Positions 37,158 to 48,189 of a stretch of 64,000 bases of DNA are shown here, piece after piece. This DNA comes from Felis catus (lineage: Eukaryota), in contig NC_058368.1 in assembly GCF_018350175.1 (NCBI RefSeq), forward strand, positions 228,224,001 to 228,288,000. The letters are read 5' to 3'. Each line of letters begins with the position of its first letter. Within the stretch, counting starts at the first letter, position 1. A program made the position numbers and the translations under genes. Under the pieces are notes generated by a model. That model made no database searches. It saw only the letters and a program-made list of their open reading frames with translations, and was not told the DNA's origin.

Positions 37158-38104
37158 TGTGGCTTCCATAGGACTCTGTTTAGTTTCGCAGGGCTCTGGA
37201 TTTGTAGGCAAGCTGAGTTGTTTCCAGGTTTGAGTTTATATTGGGCGCGTACAGGGCCAAGATTGGGTGCCTTGTTCCTTCTTCGATTTGAACGCCGAAT
37301 ACCGCGTTTCATTGTGCTATTACGTTGTATTTCTCGTTGCTGTGCGTCACGTGGACGAAGCCAAGACATGCTATGTGGCACAGTGCTCTGCCGCTGCTCT
37401 GGTAGGGTTTTATGGTTCCTGTTAGTATCTCTCTTCATGTATCTTCTTCCCTCAGGCTACTAGGCATAACATTCATGTCAAGTGTAATCACAGAGTTGCC
37501 TGGCGTGCCAGCTGAGCTTTCCCCACTACTCTGTGCAGGAGTCACTTTCAAGAAGGTCACCTACGGTGTTCACGAGTCCTTGAGAAGGGAGACAGATTAA
37601 ACGTGCTGAAGGACATGCAAGAGACGACCTGGAAAGTCACCGAATGGGGAGACTTGTTCAGGATTATGAAGCAACACCTGTACTCTCGCTGTCGGTGAGC
37701 ACTGCCCTTTACAGTGGGTGCAGTTTAAGATGCGCTCTGTGGAGGCTGTCCTTGCTCCACTCAGCCCACTCTGATGTATCCATTTATGAGTTATTTATGC
37801 AAATACTTAAAGGAAATCCCTGGGGACCCGTAGAAAAAGAGCTTATAAAACATTTTAGTGTTTTATCATTTGAAAAGTGATCATTTGCATGGTCCCAGTG
37901 AAACTTTTTTGCTATTCTAGTGAATAGGGAAAATGTTTTCAGTGTCTCAGGAACATAATAAATTGCTATTGTTCATGTCTTATATCCCCTGATACATTAT
38001 ACCTCTGATCTCGAAGATTTATTAGGAGTACAAATGAGGAATTTTATAAAAGATGGTCATTGTAAGCTGAATCATATTCTTGGAAAACAAAAATCTTTTT
38101 CTAG

Positions 38105-38304
38105 TTTTTTTTAATGTTTTTATTTATTTTTGAGAGAGAGCTCTCACGAGTGGTGGAGGGGCAGAGAGAGAGGGGGACACAGGTTCTGAAGTGGGCTCCA
38201 TGCTGACAGCAGAGAGCCCGATGCGGAGCTCGAACTCACATACCACGAGATCATGACCTGAACCGAAGTCGGACGCTTAACCGACTGAACCACCCAGGCG
38301 CCCC
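38105..38304 (-). mobile_element. CAN-SINE
   Basis: Reverse body ending accacccaggcgcccc. Confidence 0.9.
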
Positions 38305-40119
38305 TTCTTCTGGGTATTTTGATTGTGCTAGAAAACAGGAAATTGTACATATTTGGAGCTATCAGTAATGAGAATGTCCAGTTTGCTTTCGCCTACTTAA
38401 TTTATTTTTATGTGTTTGTTGTTTGTTTTCCTAATGTGTTTTCCCCAGGCTAAACGTCTACTAACGGTCTTCAGTGGAAAAAACAGAGCACATTATTTGA
38501 CCCCATATTGATACCAGGTAAGGAAGGGAAATTTATAGATAAATCTGGGATTTAAAATAAATCTATTTTATAGATAAAATAGTGAGACAACTCTTTTTGA
38601 AGTTGATGTTGGAGGTGTAGAATCATTGCACATTTAATTATTTTGAACACTGCTAACACTATCACGTTCGCTTTTAGATGGGAGTATACTATTACTTATA
38701 TAAATGTGTATTATGTAGAGCACATAGACAAATATGAAATGTTCTAAAATCAATGTCTGGTCCCTGAATGAAAATCAACTAGCTGATTTCAGGAAAGTTG
38801 ATATCCCTCTTTTATATCATATGAGTGGGCCTTTAGATGAACCGTAAAAGGGAATGAGGAATCATCTGGGAGTTAAGTAGATCTTTAGCAATACAATTTC
38901 ATGCCAGCCTCTTCCTAATTTATAATGAGTTATAATGATCTTTCAGGGAAAGATGACACCAGACAGAGCCTTGTTACACTGTCGCCGATGGTGTGGGTCT
39001 GTGTTTTGTGGCAGTGACGTCCTCATGATTCTACTGGGATAGGGTCCCTCGCACACAGTCTCTGCTTCAGGGAAGCCCTTGTGGGGAATCTTGGTCTCAC
39101 AGGATCTGCAGCCTCTAATGTAAATCCCAAGATGGTTTACAGTCTTCCCTAGACTGGGACAAACCTTTGCCAAGTTGTGAAACCCTCAGATTGTGTCTCT
39201 GCATAAAGACTCTTTCCTCCACCTTGTTGTCACCTTTAGTTATAGCCTTGGCTCTCAGCAGCTTGAACTGCTGATGACAAGATGAGATGCCCTTGGAGGA
39301 ACACTTGCATTTAGATAGAGATCTAGACTTAAAGAGACCTTTGCATGCAATGCTTCACTGGCCTGGACTATTCTCCTGCCCTTCCAGAAACACAGCCAAA
39401 GTTTTTATGGAAGCATCTTTATAATGTGGGGCCCATTGATATTACAGGTTGTCTTTCAAATTCAACCCCATGTTAAAAGGATAACTTTGCATCTCACCAT
39501 GAGACCACCCATGACAGAAGCTGGAGGTTCAAACCTATCCTGGCCTATTTCAATAGAATTATTATTACTATTATTTTGTTCTAAAATGAGAAGTTCAGGA
39601 ATATCCAAACCAAATGGCACCCCAGGACGATAGTTGTAAACCTGGAATCTCTGGCCTCATTAACCACTCCATTTGGTCATATTACTTGGGCTCTGATCAG
39701 CTCACTAAAGGCTCTGTTAACCATGAGCATCTTTATGCATAATCATGACACTAGTCACGAGGGCCTACTCTGAGCCTACATTCATGGGAAGGAGTCAGAG
39801 ATTCTAAGTGAGGATGCTGATACACCCCCCCCCCCCCCCCCCCCGCCAACTCATGCTCCCATACCAAGCCCTTACTTCCAGCCCCACTCAGTGGAAGGTT
39901 CTAGTTTTCCCACCTTTACCGTCTATTTGCCCAGCTCAAATCACCTGGTGGTGGCTAGCATCATCTGGGGAACTGTAGGAATAGGAGTGTGACTAACTCT
40001 AGTCTCTGGAGGTCCTGCCTGGAAAACTTCTTCCTCTCTGAGATAGCTGGCTGCCTGGGCACACTCTTTCTGGACCACTGTGGATGCCTGCGAGATCCAG
40101 GGTGACCAGAGAAAGAGGA

Positions 40120-40310
40120 GCGTTTGGAGCCCACAGATGAGTTCAACCCCTGAATCTGCTACTTACTAGCTGGACACATTTGGCAGAGTCGATTAGCATT
40201 TCTGAGGCGTTGTTTCGTCATCTGCAAAATGGATACAGAATCTTCCACGTGAGGCTATTGTGAAGGGCAATAGTGACAGACAACCAGAGAGTGCCTAGGT
40301 CAGGACTGCT
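40120..40310 (+). mobile_element. MIR remnant
   Basis: tttggagcccacagatgagttcaaccc...acttactagctgg...tttcgtcatctgcaaaatgga. Confidence 0.7.
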
Positions 40311-40860
40311 CAGCCAAGGGGAGTTGCTCTCCCTTACCTGTTACAGGTCAAGTCTTGGAAGGAGCAGAGGGGTGGGCTGTCAGTCAGCCGGCCTGAGGGC
40401 ATTGTGAGGAGGTGACCCTGAGGGTCAGCGGGTGCCATCTTCCACTGTAAACCATTAAGCCCAGCTTTAGCTCCAGCAGTGCCATTTCCTGCTTGTTTTC
40501 AATTTAAAAGAGAACTGATTTCTTGGGGTTTCTTTCATCTTGATTGTTTTGCTGTGTGTTTGTAAGTCACTTCCAAAGTAGAGCTTTGGAACCTCTGCAG
40601 TCTCTGTCTGCATAGCGTGTCCTAAATGTACTAAGTAGGTATACTAAGATGCCATTTAATGCTGCTTTCTGAGGCTGCTTCTCACACTGTGGATGTCAGA
40701 CGACGCTGCTCTTTCTTCGTGCTTGTCCGGACTAATGAGACAGATGATTTATTTCATTCAGCAACCAGTGACCATCTATATGAAATGACAACAAAAGGGA
40801 GAAGAGAAACAAACAACAGATATTGGATCGCAATCAGAGTTACTACTTTTGTGTATTTTT

Positions 40861-41086
40861 ATTTTGCTTTATTTTTTAAAAGTTTTGCTTATTTATTTTG
40901 AGAGAGACAGGGACAGCGCAAGCATGGGAAGGGCAGAGAGAGAGGGAGAGAGAGAGAATCCCAAACAGCCTCTGTGCTGCCAGTACAGAGCCCGATAGGG
41001 GGCTTGAACTCATGAAACCATGAGATCACGACCTGAGCCAAAACCAAGAGTCTGATGCTCAACTGATTGAGCTACCCAGGTGCTCC
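40861..41086 (-). mobile_element. CAN-SINE
   Basis: TSD tgtgtattttt 40850-40860/41087-41097. Confidence 0.9.
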
Positions 41087-41787
41087 TGTGTATTTTTTTT
41101 GTTTTAAACCTTAATTTGTTAAAGGTTCTTTACCCTGGCTGTACAGTAGAGTCATTTGGGGACCTTCAAAGAAATATTGCTGTCAGAGCCTCACTAGGAT
41201 CTAATAAAGTCAGAGTATGTGGGGGAGGGGCTGGGCCTCTCCTTAAAGCAGCTGGGAGCCAGAACCCATATTTGAAAGTATAAAGGAGTTCAGACTATTA
41301 ACTCTCATCAAGAAGGTAATTGGGAACCTTCTATTTGTGGTTCAAACAGCTTAGAGCAATTACATAACTAAAGATAATTGAGATGGAAAAACTACCTTTA
41401 AAAACTGGTATTAGAATATTTTTCATATCAATACTCTCTTTTATTCTCTACCTTTCAAACGTTTATTATAAATTACGTTGCTGAATTCTGTTTCCTCTGT
41501 GAACCCAGGAAGCCAAGATTCTTTTCTAAACAATGAAAAGGATTGTAATGACGGGACTGAGTTGCTTATGGGTTTATTGAATTCTCTTATCTTATTTCTA
41601 TTTACATGGGAGGGTTTGTGGTGGAATATCTATTTTAGTTGACTTTTTTCAGCTTTCTTGGGGAGTAATTGAAAATTAAAAGTTGTATATATTCAAGGTG
41701 GGAAACTTAATGATTTGGTATTTGTACACGTTGTGACACCCGAGTGTTTATTCTTTATTAGACATGTGGTATAATGCCCTCTATCCG

Positions 41788-41925
41788 TGTTCTTAGATTT
41801 TAATCTGCCCTCGGATCACATAGGGATCTTGTTATAAAGGCAGATTACAATCAGTAGGGCCCAGATGGGGCCTGAGTTTTAGCAAGCTCCCATATGGTAC
41901 CAGTGCTGCAGATATGACACCATAT
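41788..41925. mobile_element. MER5-like hAT fragment
   Basis: ggatcacatagggatcttgttataaaggcagatt...cagtagggcccagatggggcctgag...caagctccc. Confidence 0.6.
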
Positions 41926-42114
41926 ATCTCTGTGGATTTTGAAACTCTGTTTTTAGATACTCCTTCATTATTATGTAATAATTTTCTTTATTATGGGAAT
42001 ATTCCTTGTTCTGATGTTTCTTTGTTTGATATTAATATTTCCACTCCAGATTTCTATTGATTATACTTTCCTATCCTTCTATTTTCTTTCTTTCTAACCT
42101 ATCTCTGCCTTTAT

Positions 42115-42339
42115 TTTTGGTTAAAAAAAATTTTTTTTAAGTTTATTTATTTTCGAGAGAGACAGAGATAGAGTGTGAGCAGGGGAGGGGCAGAGAGACA
42201 TTGAGACCCAGAATCCCAAGCAGTCTGCAGGCTCTGAGCTGTCAGCACAGAGCCCCATGCGGGGCTCAAACCCACAAAGTGTGAGATCATGACCTGAGCC
42301 TAAGTCGGATGCTTAACCGACTGAGCCACCCAGGCACCT
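42115..42339 (-). mobile_element. CAN-SINE
   Basis: Reverse body ending gagccacccaggcacc. Confidence 0.9.
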
Positions 42340-42621
42340 CTGTGTCTTTATTTTTAAAGTGGCTTCTTTGATTCAGTCTTTGTTTTCATAGAATCGGATT
42401 ACATCTGTGTTTTAGTTGGGGTGTACTGACCACTTATTTTTCATGTGATGATTGCTATGGTTTGATTTAAACCTATCATCTTACTACTTGTTTTCTATTT
42501 ATTCCATCTCTTCTTTGTTCCTTTTTTTCTGCCTGTTTTTGGATGGAGTGTTGCTTATGATCCCATTTGATCTCCAGTATCGCCTTATTAGTTAAAGGTC
42601 ATACATTTTTCTCTCTTGCTT

Positions 42622-43113
42622 TGAAGGATTTCTAGGGTAACCAATTTCCAGCTGGCCTTACCATTTCCTTCAGGTTGGTTAAACACGAAACAGGTTTCTT
42701 CCTGGTTCTGGGCATCTGGACCTCCCTTTTGTTAAGAGCATTTACTTTACAAAACTTGCAATTATAAATCTTTTCTCTGCCCCTTTGAGATACCTGTCTT
42801 TTGCAAGGACCTGGGAGCCATCCCTTTGAAATGTAACCCTTGAGACGGGTAGAGAGCCTCTGTCTCCCAGTCTCTGTGGGAGGGGAGGAGCCGAACCTCA
42901 ACAAGCAACAACTGGCAAACACACATGGCCCAAGCTCACTGACAGACCTCTCTCAATGTCCTCGGGTACCTTTCCCTGAGTTCAGCCCCATATTCAAAGA
43001 TCTGCCCTTTGTTCCAATGGAGTCGAGTTCAGTCTCTTTCACCTACTGCTGTAGTCTCGAATAAAGTCTTCCTTGCTGTTTTTGACAGGTGTATACTGCA
43101 GTTTTCCTTTTAG
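42622..43113 (+). mobile_element. Solo ERV1-type LTR (MER34-like)
   Basis: Starts TGAAGG; aaaacttgcaatt...ctctgcccctttgagat...aaggacctgggagccatccctttgaaatgtaa...ctcccagtctctgtgggaggg; AATAAA at 43060. Confidence 0.72.
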
Positions 43114-43317
43114 AAGGGTTTAGAAAATATATTTTTACTTATCACAGCCTACTTTTAAATTATATTATTTGTGGGTCAGGACCTTACAATCCCTCCCTTC
43201 CATCCTTTCTGCCATATTGTTACCCATTTTACCTTTACACCTGTTAGAAGCCCCACGATAATTGTAGCTATTTTTGTCTCAGATGTCTTTTAGAATGATT
43301 AAAAATGGAAGTATCTT

Positions 43318-43537
43318 GGGGTGACTGGGTTGCTCAGTTGGTTAAGCATCCTACTCTTGGTTTCAGCTCAGGTCATGATCTCATGCTTTGTGTGTTCAAG
43401 CCCCTCATGTGGCTCTGTGCTGACAGCATGGAGCCTGCTTGGAATTCTCTCTTTCCCTCTCTCTCTCTCTCTGCCCCTCCCTTGGCACATGCTCTCTCTC
43501 AAAATAAATAAATATAACATTAAAAAATATATAAAAA
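43318..43537 (+). mobile_element. CAN-SINE
   Basis: ggggtgactgggttgctcagttggttaagcatcc... Confidence 0.9.
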
Positions 43538-43938
43538 TACAAATAGGAATATTTTTTATATTTACCTTTTTCCATTATCTCCAGTTTTCTCTGTGTAGAT
43601 CTAAGTTTGCATCTGCTACCATACTGCTTTTGCTTGATGAAATTTTTTGAGGACTTTCTGAAGAACACTTCTGCTGGCATTTTTTACCTTTTGTCCAGAA
43701 AAAAAAAAATCTCTATTTTGCCTAATTTTTTCATTGTGTATAGAATCCTGGGTTGCCAGCTTTTTCTTTTAAACTACTTTTTACATATGGTTAAACTTGA
43801 AAAACAAAGTTTGGTCTGTGAAGACCAAATAGCCCATTTCTCTTTTCCAGTTCTGGCAGGGATGGGAGGCAGCGTGATTTAAGATGTGAAAGGCTGAGCA
43901 CAGGTGAATCCTGCCTCTTCCAGGGCCTGGAGGGCATT

Positions 43939-44147
43939 GAGGGCATCAGATGCCCTTGGAATCAACCACCCCCTGCACTACAAAAATGCTCCACTGAAAA
44001 TTCTGGAAGGCTTTCTGGGAAGGTGAAAGAACAGTATGAAGTAAAACAAATGTCTCTTCAATTTCGGGTCTCTATCTCATAAAAGTGATAATTTTATAGT
44101 TTATCTGGCATTTTCTCATGGTTATAATAGGGATAACTTTCTTTGAA
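43939..44147 (+). repeat. Left arm of ~210-bp inverted repeat
   Basis: Reverse complement of 45615-45826, aligned by hand. Confidence 0.93.
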
Positions 44148-44175
44148 ACTCTCTATTTTACATAAAAGCAGGATA

Positions 44176-44384
44176 GGGGGAGGCGCCTAGGTGGCTCAAT
44201 TATCTCAGCGTCTGACTCTTGATTTGGGCTCAGGTCATGATCTCACAGTTGTGGGAGCGAGCCCCACATTGGGCTCCTCGCTGAGCATGGACCTGCCTGG
44301 GATTCTCTCTCTCCTCTCTCTGCCCCTGCCCCTGCTCTCTCTCTCTCTCTCTCTCAGCATAGATAAATAAACATTAAAAAGAAA
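44176..44384 (+). mobile_element. CAN-SINE
   Basis: gggggaggcgcctaggtggctcaa...(CT)n, tail. Confidence 0.88.
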
Positions 44385-44564
44385 GTGCAGAATATAGGGC
44401 TTTTCCAATTCCCTAAAATAAAATCTCATTGCTAATATGCCTTTAGTCCCTTTATGCTTTTCATGATGGTCAGGACCTTTCTTTAAGCAAAGAGAAAATA
44501 ATTTACTCTGTCAAATGCTTAGCTTTTGAAATATTCACAACTTCACTTGTATCTTCAACCAGTT

Positions 44565-45043
44565 GCCTCCATTTCCTGCCAGTGCTGTAACAAAATTATT
44601 ATAAACTCGGAGGCTTAAAACAAAAGGAATCTCTTCTCTCACAGTTCTGGAGGCAGGGGTCCAAAGTCCAGGTGTCAGCAGAGCTGTGCCCTGTGGGAGC
44701 TCTAGGGGAGGATCCTTTGCTTCTTCCAGCTTCTGGAAGCCGCCAGCTTCTCTGTGGCTTCTGACCACCTCACTCCAATCTCTGCCTCTTTCTTCACATC
44801 ACCTTCTCCTCTGTATGTGCATCTAATCTATCCGCCCCCCCACCCCAGCCCTACCCAGTCAATATCTTTATGAGGACACTTGTAATGGCATTTAGGGCTC
44901 ACCCAGATAATCCAGGATAATCTCATTTCAGAATTCTAAATTTACTCACATCTGCAAAGACCCTTTTCCTTATAAAGTAACCTTTACGGGTTCCCAGGAT
45001 TAGGACTCGATCTCTTTGGGTGAGAATATGCAGCCTACTACCC
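44565..45043 (-). mobile_element. MaLR LTR (MLT1B/C-like)
   Basis: gctgtaacaaaatt...ggcttaaaacaa...ctcacagttctggaggc...cacatctgcaaagaccctttt...cagcctactac. Confidence 0.82.
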
Positions 45044-45194
45044 CGATGTGATTTTACTTTCACTGTATGTGAACTTTTCTTGAACGTTGCTGCTCCTGAG
45101 GGTTAGTAGAGAGTTCCAGAGGCATTCCATAGCTGAAAGGAAGGCCAACACGCGGAGTTTTTTGATTTGGAATTTTTAATGGATAAAAATCATC

Positions 45195-45560
45195 ATAATA
45201 AAGCTAACATTTACTGAATATTTACAATGTGCCAAGCCTGAGACAACATCTGTAAAGATTGACTACTAAAAAGATTGTTCTAGCACCAGCAGCCCTAAAA
45301 TACCTACGATGCATAATCATATCTTCTCAGTCAGAATCTGCATTACTAAGATTCCTACTGATTTGCCTGAACATTAAGCTTTGAGAAAGTTCTTTTCCAT
45401 ATTAATTTACTTAACACTCATCAATATTCTGTCATGTACGCATTATCGTCAGCACCTACTTTACAGATGAGGAACACAAGACTTAAAAAGTTTGGGTAAC
45501 TGGCTTAAAGCCACTTAATTAGCAGGGGTGGATCCTATAATCCAGGCCGGATCTGCCTTT
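45195..45560 (-). mobile_element. MIR remnant with an embedded MER5-like fragment (~45280-45390)
   Basis: agctaacatttactgaat...gtgccaag; ttttacagatgaggaacacaag...taactggcttaaagccac; agtcagaatctgcatt...tttgagaa. Confidence 0.65.
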
Positions 45561-45614
45561 TCCACGTGGCACCATTAACCCTCTCTGATGTACCACCAAT
45601 GCCAACGATGGCTG

Positions 45615-45826
45615 TTGAAGAAAGCTGTCCCTGTTCTAACCACGAGAAAATGCCAGATAAACTATAAAATTATCACTTTTATGAGATAGAGACTCGAAAT
45701 TGAAGAGACATTTGTTTGTTTTACTTCACACTATTCTTTCACCTTCCCAGAAAGCCTTCCGGAATTTTCAGTGGAGCATTTTTGTAGTGCAGGAGGTGGT
45801 TGACCCCGTGGATGTCTGATGCCCTC
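45615..45826 (-). repeat. Right arm of ~210-bp inverted repeat
   Basis: Reverse complement of 43939-44147. Confidence 0.93.
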
Positions 45827-46544
45827 GTTCAAAACCCAGGGAAACCTAATTCCCTGCAGCTCTCGTGAGTCCCAAGAGTTTCTAGTGTACTCCAGGCTTC
45901 TCCAAACTAGTCAGGTACTCAGTACGGCCCTACGGGGCTCTCTGGAAACAGCATTTCTGTATAGTATCATCCTAGATAAATTCTGTAGACTTGCTGAAAG
46001 GAGCACTTAGTCAATTGCTTGAGCAATTGACTTTTTGCTTGAAATTGACAATTGCTGGAAATGACTTTTATTTTGCAGAAAATGAAAGTGCCAATTAGAA
46101 TCAGAAGGGGATAACCCCTGCCCTCTGCCTCCCACTCATTTGCGTAGATGAAAACACTGACCAGCAGACACCGCACCACAAGAGGGTGGGGACCTGCTTG
46201 TGGTCTACGGGCTCTGTGGCATTTTCTGTCTCTCAACAGCTTTGGTTTGCTGGTTTAAATTAATAACTTCTCTGGAAGTGATATTAGGTGTGATGCTTCT
46301 AGGTGACAGGCGTGTTCCCCTCCGTGTCCTTTATCGGAGCATCAAAAATGGTTTTCACTGCAAATCTCCTTCCATCATTAATTGTGCTTGTGAATTCTCC
46401 ACATCATGTTTGGTATAACAAACACACTGTTCTTAAAACAGATATTCACGAGGAATTATCAATCCTTATTTGTAAAGATTTTATTTTAGACTTATTTTAT
46501 TAGTTGGGGATGACAATGGGAAAAAAAAAACACTCTCTCTGCCA

Positions 46545-46700
46545 AGTTAGCTTACAGGTGTTTTACCCACAGCGTCTCATTTATCCCCAGAACAACCTTA
46601 TGAAGTTAAAAAGTATTATCCCCCTTTTACATAAGAGAAAATGGAAGTGCACAGAAGTTAACTTTGCCACTGGCCAAGGTTACACAGGCAGTAAACGGTG
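46545..46700 (-). mobile_element. MIR remnant
   Basis: ctcatttatccccagaacaaccttatgaag...attatcccccttttacataagag...ccaaggttacacag. Confidence 0.7.
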
Positions 46701-48189
46701 TGCTCCTGGCACTCCTGTTCATTCCTCTGGGTGCTCAGGATTCAGTCCCATTTCCCCTGCGTTAATCCAAACTAGTCCTTTTCGGCTCACCCTGAAATTC
46801 AGCTTGGACACAAACGTTTTCTCCATCAGTTATTCCTTGACCTTGAGGTTCACTCAAAGTCAAAGAGCCTACATGGCTCATTTCTCAGATGTGCTTTGGC
46901 CTCACTGAGTCTCAGCTACTGGTTGCTTATTAACTCTAGGAAAGATAATTTTCTCTTCTGGGAAAAAGGGTGATGTTACAGTTAGGATCTCCCATTCAAG
47001 AAAAAGGCCGTCCTTCCATTATTATAGAGGAAAGAAAGACAGCTGCAGTGGTATATGACATTAAAAATATAAAATCTCTGATGCTGAAATTCCCTTCAAT
47101 CAAAGACGTCCCTGTGCATTCAGCTCCCTCTTCTCTTCACTCACATGCACTTGTTTACCGTTCACGGATTGTCTCAGATCTAAGATGTACAGAATCCTTA
47201 TTAAAGAGTGCTTATCTTTTATACAAAAGAGTTCGCATTGAACAAAATGAGTACACAAGTTTTGAAGACATTGGAGATGATGAGAATGACAGGTCCCTTC
47301 TGGAATGGCTCGCTGCTGGGATACGGCTGAGGCTTTGATGTATTATGAAGTGAGCCCGCAGCCAAGCAGTTTGGAATCCTTTCCCACTGGTGAGAGGATT
47401 CATATTGAAAGATGGGGAAATGATCTTACGGCAGACATCACGGTTCTAAGTTCAACTTACTCCTATTCCCCTAGGTATGCAAAAATGTGATGTGAATCAA
47501 ATCACCCTGAAAGGAAAAAGAACACGCGCATTTATCTGAGGCAAGCGATATGAACCTATATGCTCTGCAACTCATTGTTTAGATGTGTTTTGAAGCCATG
47601 TAGTAAGTTAAGAAAACACGACTGAGACCAAGTTCTTTTTCCATTAAGCTTTTAGTACAATTTGGGCAGTAACTGTATTATCCATTGTTGAAATTATAGT
47701 AAGAATTGCAGTCTGTCTGGTTTTTCCTTGTCCCTGAAGATTCAGTTAAAACTGGCTTAAATCCCACCTTAAGTGCAGCGTGAAACCCAACATTTCTTGC
47801 AGTTTATCAGACGATCCTTGACTGCTCATGGCTCAGTCAACTCTGGCTTTGACTTCTTGATCTTTCTTCTGTTTAGTACCTGTGCCCAGTGCTTTCTTCT
47901 CCATGTCCATGGTTCTTTTCCTTAATTTTCCCAACACTCATCGCATATGTTGTTGTGTAAAGTAGATTTTTGCTGAAGAGTTGGGTTATATGGTAGTAGA
48001 ATAACAAGGTACAGCATGTAACAGAAATTAAAGTCGATCAGATGTTGCTGCTATAAAACATGTTTTGGCCACTTTTCTACCCCACCTCCTTTCCTGGCTT
48101 CCACCTGTTTTCTCACTCTCCACCCCAGCCCTCTAATTCCCATCCATTTCTGATCAATTGCAATAAGAATTCCAATTATTTCCTTGAAT

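Larger units (their letters stand above)
41950..43770 (-). mobile_element. Old L1M remnant interrupted by two SINEs and an LTR
   Basis: T-rich decayed L1 motifs (ttgatattaatatttccactccagatttctattg..., atctaagtttgcatctg..., gtatagaatcctgggttgccag). Confidence 0.6.
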
